Part shown: positions 1 through 8,381 of the stretch, one piece after another
Position numbering within the stretch: position 1 is the first letter of the stretch
How the letters are laid out: each line of letters opens with the position of its first letter
IMG/VR virus record: IMGVR_UViG_3300025324_000001
Coordinates: 1-62,754 of that record
Length of the DNA stretch: 62,754 bases
From: a virus
Direction: 5' to 3' (one strand)
Position numbers and translations under genes: made by a program
The notes under the pieces: generated by a model
What the model was told of the DNA's origin: nothing
Seen by the model: only the letters and a program-made list of their open reading frames with translations
The model's database searches: none

Positions 1-99
1 CATCTGGCATCCTCCCGATTGCAGTTCTCCACCCTGTAGGTGGCTGTGGTGCGGCCGTAAGAAAGTTGCCGATGCCTTCTGCCACCAAAATGTCCTTGA
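1..99. repeat. Terminal 99-bp exact direct repeat, copy 1 (identical to 62656..62754); probably a circular-assembly overlap
   Basis: nt 1-99 (catctggcat...tgtccttga) recur verbatim as the last 99 nt. The N-terminus of ORF 62327..62743 lies inside the repeat. Confidence 0.9.
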
Positions 100-117
100 T
101 AGCTTGTGCTGGATCTT

Positions 118-579
118 TCATCCTAGCACCATCGCGTAGTCGACTGCAAGTGAAGTAAGAAAACTATCCAGTTCCTCCTCGAGTGCAGCCTGAAGGTACT
201 TCGCACGAGTAGGAGGCTCGTGGTTGAGCCACACGTACTCGTGTACGAGAGCTGCGTACCACGACTTCGCGTCCCCGAATGTGATTGTACCCTCCACGTC
301 GCCGGGAGTTCCAGTTACTTCGAGTTTGCCTGAAGCTGCAAGAGCTCCAGTCTTCTTAGGCACGTACTCTAGAGCCTTCTGAAAAACTGGCTCGAGAGCG
401 TTGCGCACTATATCGGGTGTAGCACTTTCAAGGTTCCGAATTAGGAGCTCGTACCTTCGGACGATACCAGCCATCGAGCCACGAGCTGATACTGTTGCTT
501 GCTTCCGAAAGTAAGCGTGCGATCCCTGCCTCGTACGGCCTGGAAGCCTCTGGCCAAGATTGGCGGTGAACGTAGGCAT
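118..579 (-). CDS. Neck / tail-completion protein (HK97 gp10-like), putative
   Basis: 153-aa ORF, third of four small genes between the capsid and major tail genes on the circle. Size and position fit. Its start abuts the stop of 579..920. Confidence 0.4.
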   Translation of the reverse strand: MPTFTANLGQRLPGRTRQGSHAYFRKQATVSARGSMAGIVRRYELLIRNLESATPDIVRNALEPVFQKALEYVPKKTGALAASGKLEVTGTPGDVEGTITFGDAKSWYAALVHEYVWLNHEPPTRAKYLQAALEEELDSFLTSLAVDYAMVLG

Positions 580-920
580 TAGAGCACCACCCTTCTCACT
601 GCGTCGAGGTTACGCAGATCAGGGATCTTGTCGTAGCGCTGGATCTTTAGCGCCCCAGCTACGGAAGTCGGATTCGACTGAGTAGTCTGATTGCCCCGAC
701 AGAGGTAGTCACCCACTGCTACATCTTGTTCGAGGAATACAACGGCTTTGGAGACTAGCTCCCTGCGGTCAAGAGCTCCATAGAACGTCTCTTGACGATC
801 TTCCCAGCGCGCACTCAAAAGTACTGGGGCGCTAAAGACGTCGCCACCAAAGCCATCTCCAGCAGTCGCAGGCCACCAGGTAACCGATTGAGAAATGAGT
901 TTCCCTGTCAAGAGGCTCAT
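579..920 (-). CDS. Head-closure / stopper protein (SPP1 gp16 / HK97 gp9-like), putative
   Basis: 113 aa. Overlapping start/stop with both neighbours. The position in the connector series fits. Confidence 0.4.
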   Translation of the reverse strand: MSLLTGKLISQSVTWWPATAGDGFGGDVFSAPVLLSARWEDRQETFYGALDRRELVSKAVVFLEQDVAVGDYLCRGNQTTQSNPTSVAGALKIQRYDKIPDLRNLDAVRRVVL

Positions 921-1330
921 GCTAGTGGCTCATCTTCTGATGCAGCGGGCTCGATCACTGAGAAGAGCGCCTGTCGGTTAGGCTGTTCAGCTTTTGCCGA
1001 TAGCTCAGCGAGTTTGCCCGAAGAGTCGAGCAGGATTGCCTGCTGGCCGAAACGCGAAGCATTCAGACCCTTCCCGTAGATGTCGTGATACCTCTCCTGA
1101 ACTTCGCCTATCCGGTTCGCAGCTAGAGGTCCTTTCTCTGCTGAAAGAACTGCGAAGTGGCAAGCTAAGTACAGCTCGATGTTCTTGAGTGTAGCCGCAG
1201 AATACCCGAGTGTAAGAAGATGCTCATCGACCAGAGTCGTCGCGACTACGATCGCAGCATCGATCGCTGCATTGTATACAGCGTCCAGCTGTGAGGTAGT
1301 ACGAACCTCTGTTTGTGTGACTCTGGCCAC
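917..1330 (-). CDS. Head-tail adaptor (gp6-like connector), putative
   Basis: 137 aa. First connector-sized gene after the capsid gene. The LYLACHF motif resembles adaptor families. Confidence 0.4.
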   Translation of the reverse strand: MARVTQTEVRTTSQLDAVYNAAIDAAIVVATTLVDEHLLTLGYSAATLKNIELYLACHFAVLSAEKGPLAANRIGEVQERYHDIYGKGLNASRFGQQAILLDSSGKLAELSAKAEQPNRQALFSVIEPAASEDEPLA

Positions 1331-1350
1331 GAATTATTCGCCTCGTTACG

Positions 1351-1596
1351 TTACTTCGGACTGAGTCTCGGCTGCACCTGCGGACGTCCGGGCTGTATCG
1401 CTGACCTGGTTGCTGCTACTGCTGCAGGCTCCTTCGTGACGGGTTCCGGTTCCTCCACGACGGGAATGAACTTGTTCGGAAAGCTTGCCGCTTCGGCTGC
1501 TGTCAGCTCGATCTCGTCGCCGGCGATGAACGTCTTCTCCGTACCGTCTTCCTGCCTCTGGTGGTGTTTACCTGCAACCACTCTGAACTTTGCCAT
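1351..1596 (-). CDS. Hypothetical protein (81 aa)
   Basis: ORF with RBS gaaggagatcagcATG directly after the capsid-gene hairpin. Confidence 0.5.
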   Translation of the reverse strand: MAKFRVVAGKHHQRQEDGTEKTFIAGDEIELTAAEAASFPNKFIPVVEEPEPVTKEPAAVAATRSAIQPGRPQVQPRLSPK

Positions 1597-1620
1597 GCTG
1601 ATCTCCTTCAGGTTAGTAAG

Positions 1621-1651
1621 AAGATGGTGGGAGGATCACTCCCACCATCTT
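1621..1651 (-). terminator. 13-bp-stem hairpin after the major capsid gene (attenuator/terminator)
   Basis: Minus strand reads aagatggtgggag-tgatc-ctcccaccatctt, followed by cttactaa. It lies 34 nt downstream of the capsid stop codon. Confidence 0.55.
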
Positions 1652-1684
1652 GATGTCTCGACATCTGTCCTGGAGCTGTGGAGG

Positions 1685-2686
1685 CTACGAGTAGTGCACC
1701 ACCCCGCTCCTGGTATCCGCATCGGCCTTGATTCGCGGAGCTCCGATCGACATCACCTTGAAGTTGATCATCATGCCGCCGTGGGTTTCCCACATGACGG
1801 TCGTCGGTTGGAGGCCGTCGAGCCAGTCGACTACGTCGGAGGTCATCTGCACCAACAGCACGACGTCTGCGGGTGTGATCTGCGTTGTCGGCCGCACTGC
1901 CGCAATTTGCGGTACTTCCAGAACGCGCTGGATGATGGACTTGTCGCTGGCGGCCTTGAAGTCGCCGAGCATGTGGACGAACGAGTCGGTACTCACGTAC
2001 AGGATGTACGGTCCGAACATGTTGTCCGTAACGGCCTTGGCGATCATCGCTTGTACATCGGCGAGGATCTGCTCGCCAGTAGCCGTGGCCCACGATGCTG
2101 TGGTCGAACCTGTGTTGCGGTTCGGATGGTTGAGATAGCCGTAGATCGTGCCGCCGCCCGCAGTGATCGCCACGCCGTTGAACAGCATACTCTCGAGAGC
2201 GTCCGCCACACGCCTGGCAGCAGTTGCCGCCATAGTGGTATCGAGCGGAGTACCGAGACGACGCCCGCTTTCGAGATTCCGCAAGGAGAGGTGGAAATCC
2301 TTGTGAGTGATTGGCAGCGGAACGTTCACCTGGCTGAACACCACGCGATCGCGCTGGGAATCCGCGACCCCGGACATGTTCGTCTCGGCCGGACCCATGT
2401 CGCTCACGGTCTCGTACTGGACGGCCGTGATACCCATCGCGTTCGTGATCGGAACGCGCAGGTTGCGTGACATCAGATCGCCGACGCCGATAAGCATCGG
2501 TCGTGCGACATCGAGCACGGTGCGATCGAACAGTAGCCACTCCTCCTTGCGGAGGACGTCGTTGGTGCGAAGGGCGTTGATGTTCAGCCCGTTGGCCAGA
2601 AGCCGGTGCGCAACGGAACCTGCCGGCACTCCGCCGGGGGCGGCGCCGTCCAGCACCAGGACATCGCCTTGTGGGATTTGATCCAT
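1685..2686 (-). CDS. Major capsid protein, HK97 fold (encapsulin/linocin-M18-like family)
   Basis: 333 aa. N-terminal LRKEEWLLFDRTV...VGDL pattern and length typical of encapsulin-like capsid proteins. It follows the protease/scaffold and decoration genes. Confidence 0.8.
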   Translation of the reverse strand: MDQIPQGDVLVLDGAAPGGVPAGSVAHRLLANGLNINALRTNDVLRKEEWLLFDRTVLDVARPMLIGVGDLMSRNLRVPITNAMGITAVQYETVSDMGPAETNMSGVADSQRDRVVFSQVNVPLPITHKDFHLSLRNLESGRRLGTPLDTTMAATAARRVADALESMLFNGVAITAGGGTIYGYLNHPNRNTGSTTASWATATGEQILADVQAMIAKAVTDNMFGPYILYVSTDSFVHMLGDFKAASDKSIIQRVLEVPQIAAVRPTTQITPADVVLLVQMTSDVVDWLDGLQPTTVMWETHGGMMINFKVMSIGAPRIKADADTRSGVVHYS

Positions 2687-2726
2687 GTGGTTTCCTTTCC
2701 TTTTCCTTTTTCCTGGTTGGACTGGA

Positions 2727-3617
2727 CTAGACGATTTCGACCTTGATACGGGCCGACGAGCCGCCGCCGGAGTTGTCGACTGCTTCGAGCGCGACTGCTA
2801 CGACACTCTCCTGCACGATCGCCGTCGGAGTGATCGTTACGACTGCGCCATCGACGAAGGTCGCGGTGGTGACATCGCTGCCATCCGTCATGTCGTCGGT
2901 ATTGGCCGTCCACGCGAGGTTGACTTTGGAGTTGATACGGATGTAGCCCAGCGAGACGTTGCCAGCGTCTACTGCTGGGAGAGCAGCGAGTGCCGCAGCT
3001 GCGGAAGCGTACACCTGGTCGGCCGACGGAGATTTCGTGGAGATCGTGCCCGCAGCGTTGATCTGGACGAGCCAGATGCCCCAGAACGTGCCCGCAGCGG
3101 CACCGACGTTGATCGTGTCGGCCGCTGAGAACGTGAGGTTGTCGGTTGCGACTTTGTTGTACTGCACCCCACCGATCTTGAAGTACGCCGTTGCAGTCGT
3201 CTTGAACTTCTCGGCCGTCGCGGAGATCGCGAGGTTGCCATCGATGTAGAGGCCGTTCTCTTCGGGCTGATCTTGGGGATCCTGCTTGCGAAGAGTACCG
3301 TCGCCGTTGCTCTCCAGCTTGTCGCCGATCACGACCGCCGCGGCAGCCGCCGGGACGAGAGCGTAGATTTCGGCGCCGGGCTGGGGCACGAGCGCTTGCA
3401 CCTGATCGTTCTGCACGTACGCGGTCGCGATGCCCTTGCCGACGAAATCCTGCTCCAGCGCGAACATACGAGGAGCTGCGTCGCCTCCTGCGGTAGCATG
3501 AACGACGAACTCGTTCGAGGCGTTCCGCTTGATGAGATGTCCGGGAGTCATCCCACCTCCCGCTTTGGCTTCCTTGACAAGCCCATCGCCTTTCAGCCAG
3601 ATGGTGTTGAGTGCCAT
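2727..3617 (-). CDS. Head decoration protein (DUF2190-like N-terminal domain plus ~180-aa extension)
   Basis: 296 aa. The first ~115 aa resemble the DUF2190 capsid cement/decoration family. It lies between the protease-scaffold and capsid genes. Confidence 0.55.
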   Translation of the reverse strand: MALNTIWLKGDGLVKEAKAGGGMTPGHLIKRNASNEFVVHATAGGDAAPRMFALEQDFVGKGIATAYVQNDQVQALVPQPGAEIYALVPAAAAAVVIGDKLESNGDGTLRKQDPQDQPEENGLYIDGNLAISATAEKFKTTATAYFKIGGVQYNKVATDNLTFSAADTINVGAAAGTFWGIWLVQINAAGTISTKSPSADQVYASAAAALAALPAVDAGNVSLGYIRINSKVNLAWTANTDDMTDGSDVTTATFVDGAVVTITPTAIVQESVVAVALEAVDNSGGGSSARIKVEIV

Positions 3618-3682
3618 GATAGTACCCTTTCAGTTGAAGAGTATCGTGTGCTGAACTATGTACGACTCTGCCCGCTAGGGCA

Positions 3683-5371
3683 CTACGCCACTTGCTTCTC
3701 GCCCGGCTTAACTTCCGGGAAGAGCGGAGTGACTGGAGTGTACTCGATCTTCGCGCTCCCCTCCGGACGATCCGCGTTCGTTTTCACCTGGCCGCCGCCG
3801 GCGCCCGAGAAATCGACCCCGCTCGGGATGAGGGACTTCGCCATGCGTTCGAGTTGCTGGAGGTCCATCTTCTTCAGCTCATCGTCCGACAGACCGGTTT
3901 TGCCGGATAGCGCTCTGGTAAGCGCGTTGCCGCGATCGATGTTGTTCTGCATGATCGACTTCAGCTGCTCCTTGGTACCGGAGTCCGCCATTTCCATCAG
4001 CTCGTCGAGTGTTTTTGCCTTCGCCGGAGCTTCGGCAGGAGCTGCCGAAGCTTGAGTCGGCGACGCGGGGGTCGCCGGAGTTTCGGCGGGGTTGGATTGC
4101 TTGTTCGGATCCATCAGGGTCTCCTTCGGAGTAGTTGCGGGGTCGGACTCGTTAGCGGTAACTGTCAGAGGTACGTACTGGGTCTCGGAGCGGACCTCGG
4201 TCACATCCGAGCTGATTGTGATCCCGCCGCCCTCTACGACGACATACCCGCGCTGGTACATCTTCCAGGCGTAGTTCGCGTCCATATGGGCGTAGATAAC
4301 CTTATCGCTGAAGAGTGCGACGACGTAACACCAGCCTTCCTCGTGAATTGAGTTCAGTGCAGTTTCGACAGCGACTCGCTTGTCGACGTCGGAGAGCTCG
4401 TTGTGCTTTACTCCGATCACATTCAGGAAACTCTCCAGAATCTTCTTTCCCTGCGACCGAAGCATCGAAGCGAAAGTCTTCTGCTCAGTTGGTTGGTCGC
4501 ACACATCGCAGGAAGAAGAGGCCTTCGGCGAGGCAGTTCCGGGCTGCGCCGTTGATGTTGGCATCAGAGACTCCTTGGTTGATCGAGCGTCGATATGCTG
4601 AGTCTGTTCGATCTGGTGGTTTTGGTTCGCGCGAGGAGCTCCGCATCCATCATCGATAGAGCAGGCTCCAGTTGATCCTTTAGGTAGGATCGCAAGATGA
4701 TCTGGCACAATATTACGCCAGATGACGTCGTAGCTACGGCCGTCAAACTCCCCAGGTTTCTCTTCTTCCAGCGCGTAGAGGCCAGTGGAAACTTCCATCG
4801 CCTCTCCGTTCTCGAAAGCCTGCAGAACTTCGTCAGGAGTGCGCTCCTTGTTGAGCCATACATATGTGCGGAGCTTCTTCTTGTCTTTCATCCCCGAGCC
4901 GAACAACTGGCCGATCACTTCACTCTCCCACAGATCGGGGGAGTTAGCACTCACCGCCTCACCGTTCCTCTTCGGATGACTGTAGACTACCGGTCGTCCG
5001 TCCCAGCTTGAAGGGAAGATCCCGAACTCCTCCGCTAGTGCAAGAGCCGGGTGCTCTGCATTCGAAGCATGAAGAACGCCCTCCACAAGGATAATGGAAG
5101 GAACTACTAGATGGTCAGCGCCGTTTAGCTGTTTGACTTCCAGCTCTCCGTCCCTCACCGCCTTCAGTTGTACGTACCTGCGATGCATCTTTGTCTCGTT
5201 CTGCCCTTCATTCGAGTGCTTCTTCTGTTTCACCTCTCCCCGATGAGTCTTTCCGTCAAGGGAGCAGTACCGCACGTATTCACCTTTCGAGAGCCCGTGC
5301 TTCTTGCTGGGACCACTTATAGTACGGACCTTTCCGCCCTGCTCTACGCAACGGTCGAAGTCAGTTGGCAT
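3683..5371 (-). CDS. Prohead protease / scaffolding fusion protein (DUF2213-like)
   Basis: 562 aa. The central PDHLAILPKGSTGAC region resembles DUF2213 prohead proteins. The C-terminal half is Ala/Pro/Glu-rich and helical, like a scaffold. Confidence 0.6.
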   Translation of the reverse strand: MPTDFDRCVEQGGKVRTISGPSKKHGLSKGEYVRYCSLDGKTHRGEVKQKKHSNEGQNETKMHRRYVQLKAVRDGELEVKQLNGADHLVVPSIILVEGVLHASNAEHPALALAEEFGIFPSSWDGRPVVYSHPKRNGEAVSANSPDLWESEVIGQLFGSGMKDKKKLRTYVWLNKERTPDEVLQAFENGEAMEVSTGLYALEEEKPGEFDGRSYDVIWRNIVPDHLAILPKGSTGACSIDDGCGAPRANQNHQIEQTQHIDARSTKESLMPTSTAQPGTASPKASSSCDVCDQPTEQKTFASMLRSQGKKILESFLNVIGVKHNELSDVDKRVAVETALNSIHEEGWCYVVALFSDKVIYAHMDANYAWKMYQRGYVVVEGGGITISSDVTEVRSETQYVPLTVTANESDPATTPKETLMDPNKQSNPAETPATPASPTQASAAPAEAPAKAKTLDELMEMADSGTKEQLKSIMQNNIDRGNALTRALSGKTGLSDDELKKMDLQQLERMAKSLIPSGVDFSGAGGGQVKTNADRPEGSAKIEYTPVTPLFPEVKPGEKQVA

Positions 5372-5392
5372 CTACGATCGTCCCATACCTAG

Positions 5393-5421
5393 ATTATAGT
5401 AGGTTCTTAAGGACTTATCAA
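5393..5421 (-). promoter_or_regulatory. Sigma70-like promoter P10 (TTGATA-17-TATAAT) upstream of protease/scaffold
   Basis: Minus strand reads cacaTTGATAagtccttaagaacctacTATAATctaggtatg. It shares the AGTCCTTAAG/ACTAC spacer and post -10 AGGT with other promoters here. Confidence 0.55.
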
Positions 5422-5454
5422 TGTGAAAATGGTGGTCCTTTAATGGTAATAGTA

Positions 5455-5664
5455 CTAGGCTACACGTTTACGCGTAAGTACTGGGAAATCGACGTTGAGC
5501 GCAATGACTTCTAAGTGGCAGAACCTGATCGGAAATTGTGCTCCATCGTCCCACATAACATGTGCGACGTCCCCGGAAGTTGTTCCGACGACTCCCTCTC
5601 TTCCAGTCTTAGTTCTTACTCTATTGCGAGGGTAGATTCTGATTAGCTTTCTGACTTGGAACAT
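5455..5664 (-). CDS. Hypothetical protein (69 aa)
   Basis: ORF only. Confidence 0.4.
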   Translation of the reverse strand: MFQVRKLIRIYPRNRVRTKTGREGVVGTTSGDVAHVMWDDGAQFPIRFCHLEVIALNVDFPVLTRKRVA

Positions 5665-5724
5665 ATAGCCTCGCTAAACGCGTTAATGGCGCTCCGAATC
5701 ATGTGTGTGTGTTCCCGGCCCGGC

Positions 5725-7644
5725 TCATAGCCTAAGCCTATTGATGGGAGCAAACATCTCAGTATTGTGCTCCAGTTGGGCAAGCCGCTTCTCGATTCGT
5801 CCTAGTCTCCCTTCACCATATACTATTTCGGACTGAGCTTCTACTTGAGACGTGGACTTGGAAATTGTAATTGCAGGTGCAACTAGACAACTCTTAGCTG
5901 CTGGCATCTCATCGGGTGAGAGGGGAGATAAAGTGAAAGCCGCTGCGATCCTAACAGTTCTGGACTCTGCTTGAGCGTAGGATCTGCTACGCGAAGAGGC
6001 TTGCCCCTCTGAGATTCTGACTTGCAGGCCTCCAGGAAGCTTGGTCTCTGCTGGTTTGGGGAGCTGCCACCAGTCAGTACTTGGAAGGAACGCTCGCCAA
6101 TCGAATGGTTTGCTTCTTCTACGGCGAACGGAACCCCCCTCAAGTTCTGGGACGCCGATAAAACCTGACGGAGTGAATGTTATTGTGCTTTGACCTATTA
6201 GAGCCCCATCACCTTCTAACACGGCAACTGGCGCAAACATTAGAATACTTGATCCCGCAATCGTCTCCGCTTCCGCTCCGGTCAGCGTTGCCGCGGGTGT
6301 GAATGTTATAGTAGATGTGCCGACTGCAGACGCGTTTCCTGTAGCTGTACTCGTGCTTGTGAAGCTCATCACTGAGCTACCACTTAGGACGCCAACGCCA
6401 AGCAGTATCGCTGTTGGCGAGAGCGTCAGCGCGACGTCCCCCGCCAATGCGCCGGTTCCTACCAGCGTAGCCACAGACGCGTTGGAGACGGTGCCGCTGC
6501 CCGCGAGCACGCCGTTGCCGGCCAGGGCCGCCGCGGGCACGAAGGATAGAGTGGAATTCCCCGTCAACACACCCACCCCCGCCAATGTCCCTGCGGGGGA
6601 GAAAGTTACTGTGCCGCTACCGGCCAATGCGCCCGCACCAATCAACGCCGCCGCTGGTGAAAGCGTCAGCGCAGCGTTCCCAGTCAGCGCCCCAGCTCCA
6701 ACCAGCGCTGCGGTTGGAGCAAACGCCAACGTTGAAGCGCCTTCCAGCGCCTCGCTCGCTACCGACTCCAGCGTGCCTGTGGGCGCGAAAGTGACGGTGC
6801 TGTTTCCACTCAGTGCGCCCGTGCCTCCAACTGCACCCGTCGGAGCGAACGTCACCGTACCTGTACCGCTGAGCGCGCCAGACCCCGCTATCGCTGCAGT
6901 CGGAGAAAACGCTACCGCGCCACTACCTGCCAGTGCTCCTGAACCCGTCAACGTACCCGTCGGAGCGAACGTCACCGTGGAAGTGCCTGCGATCTGGCTC
7001 AGTGTGAGCGCGGGCTTGAGCGCGATCGTGATGCCGTACCACGCGCCGGAGGCCCAAGTCGTCCAGCTCGGCGGATTGGTCGGCGCTGGTTCGACAACGG
7101 CCAGCGTCGCGCCTGCGGTGGTCAAGTCCGCGGCGTCGTTGCCATTATCTGTAATGTGATTCGAGTATCCGGATGGCGCGGTGATCGTTGCGTCGTTGAC
7201 CGCACTCGACGCCATCGCGACCACCCACGCATCGGCCGTCTGCGTGGTGATCGAAGCGCAGTCAGGGTTCGTGCTGGTCGTCGGGCCGGCGGTGGTTGTA
7301 GTCTGATCAAAGAAGTCCGCGTGCACACCCGAGAGCACCATCGAGCAGTAGGCGACGCCATCACTCGTGTGCCCGCCACCTGAGCAGACGACACTCGTGT
7401 CGGGTGTAGCGCCCATCCTCTTATGCCACGCGCCGCAGATCGGCGCGGTGCCAGTATGGATGCCGATCTCGATATATCCGCTCCCTGGGGCAGCAAGGGT
7501 CGTGGTGTTGACACCATGACCCCCGAAGACAATGACTTCATCATCCGTCTGCGGAGCTCCCGCACCTGTGGAAAAGGTGAGGGTTACATTGTCTCCGTTG
7601 GCCGCGGCTCCAGACTGGTTAGTGCCGCGGATCGCGATCGTCAT
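5725..7644 (-). CDS. Tandem-repeat protein (639 aa): ~210-aa N-terminal domain, 14 x ~20-aa repeats, basic/coiled C-terminus
   Basis: Long GC-rich ORF. Repeats have the form SGALAGSGTVTFAPTGTLTG. The ORF starts 7 nt after the stop of 7651..8136. Confidence 0.7.
   Translation of the reverse strand: MTIAIRGTNQSGAAANGDNVTLTFSTGAGAPQTDDEVIVFGGHGVNTTTLAAPGSGYIEIGIHTGTAPICGAWHKRMGATPDTSVVCSGGGHTSDGVAYCSMVLSGVHADFFDQTTTTAGPTTSTNPDCASITTQTADAWVVAMASSAVNDATITAPSGYSNHITDNGNDAADLTTAGATLAVVEPAPTNPPSWTTWASGAWYGITIALKPALTLSQIAGTSTVTFAPTGTLTGSGALAGSGAVAFSPTAAIAGSGALSGTGTVTFAPTGAVGGTGALSGNSTVTFAPTGTLESVASEALEGASTLAFAPTAALVGAGALTGNAALTLSPAAALIGAGALAGSGTVTFSPAGTLAGVGVLTGNSTLSFVPAAALAGNGVLAGSGTVSNASVATLVGTGALAGDVALTLSPTAILLGVGVLSGSSVMSFTSTSTATGNASAVGTSTITFTPAATLTGAEAETIAGSSILMFAPVAVLEGDGALIGQSTITFTPSGFIGVPELEGGSVRRRRSKPFDWRAFLPSTDWWQLPKPAETKLPGGLQVRISEGQASSRSRSYAQAESRTVRIAAAFTLSPLSPDEMPAAKSCLVAPAITISKSTSQVEAQSEIVYGEGRLGRIEKRLAQLEHNTEMFAPINRLRL
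6154..7002 (-). repeat. About 14 tandem 60-bp (20-aa) coding repeats inside 5725..7644
   Basis: Units read by eye, e.g. IAGTSTVTFAPTGTLTG / SGALAGSGAVAFSPTAAIAG / SGALSGTGTVTFAPTGAVGG ... DGALIGQSTITFTPSGFIG. Confidence 0.8.
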
Positions 7645-7650
7645 CCTCGC

Positions 7651-8136
7651 CTATCCTCGCGTCACCGACGGGTCACTCGCTGCCACGATCCGGCCCCAAT
7701 GCCGCCCAGTGTCTCCCGCACGCGCCTTGGACTCCTTCGCGCGCAGCCGAATCCACTGCGCGATCTGCAGCGCCGCCTTCCAGGGCAATCCCATCTCTGC
7801 GCCTTCGAACCGCAGTCGCACATCGCCGAAGTTCTGCTCGACCTCGATGCGCTCCAGCCTCAGCACGTCGCGCCTCACGATGCGGACTCCATTCGGCGTG
7901 AACGGCTGGCCCGCGTTCGGCCCCGCCAAGGCGTCGTGCAGCGTGCCCGTCGCGTACAACTTCGCGCGGTCTTTGTTCGCCCAGCGCTTCGCTTCGCGCG
8001 CCCGACGTTGCATCCAGTAGGCGAGCAGCAGCGCAGTCTCATAATGGAGCTGTCGTTGCCAGTTGCCGATCGCCAGCGTGACGTGCTCCCCGACACTCCC
8101 GATCTGCACGAGCTGTGGTGCTGCGAGCGCCATCAA
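7651..8136 (-). CDS. Hypothetical protein (161 aa), GC-rich head-module island
   Basis: ORF tightly packed with its neighbours (4-nt overlap with 8133..8363). Confidence 0.5.
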   Translation of the reverse strand: MMALAAPQLVQIGSVGEHVTLAIGNWQRQLHYETALLLAYWMQRRAREAKRWANKDRAKLYATGTLHDALAGPNAGQPFTPNGVRIVRRDVLRLERIEVEQNFGDVRLRFEGAEMGLPWKAALQIAQWIRLRAKESKARAGDTGRHWGRIVAASDPSVTRG

Positions 8137-8363
8137 ACTACCTTACCGATCCCGCGCTCGACCCACTTCGCCGCGCCGTCGTCCGTCATTGCGACGACAA
8201 GCCCCTTGCGGTACTCCACGTGGCCGCGCCTAGTGTCAGTGACCTTGAGGCGCGGATACTTCGGATCGCTCTTGCCGAGTCCGAACGCATCCGCCGCCGC
8301 ACGCGCCTTCGCGAGATCGCGCCCACCCTCCGCCACATCCACCAGCAGTTTCACCTTTTTCAT
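8133..8363 (-). CDS. Hypothetical protein (76 aa), GC-rich head-module island
   Basis: ORF starting MKKVKLLVDV. Confidence 0.45.
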   Translation of the reverse strand: MKKVKLLVDVAEGGRDLAKARAAADAFGLGKSDPKYPRLKVTDTRRGHVEYRKGLVVAMTDDGAAKWVERGIGKVV

Positions 8364-8381
8364 CTGCGTTCTCCTTTTCAG

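Noticed and set aside
1313-2540. Long ORFs 1313..2470 (+), 1608..2540 (-, alternative frame) and 1728..2138 (+) overlapping the capsid gene.
   Set aside because: They are Arg/His/Pro-rich, low-complexity translations in a GC-rich region. The 1685..2686 frame has clear capsid-like sequence and operon context. These are typical shadow ORFs.
5701-5712. (TG)5 dinucleotide run and a CCGG-rich segment after the repeat-protein gene, considered as a terminator or phase-variation tract.
   Set aside because: No stable stem can be drawn. The run is short and intergenic, so there is no frame consequence.
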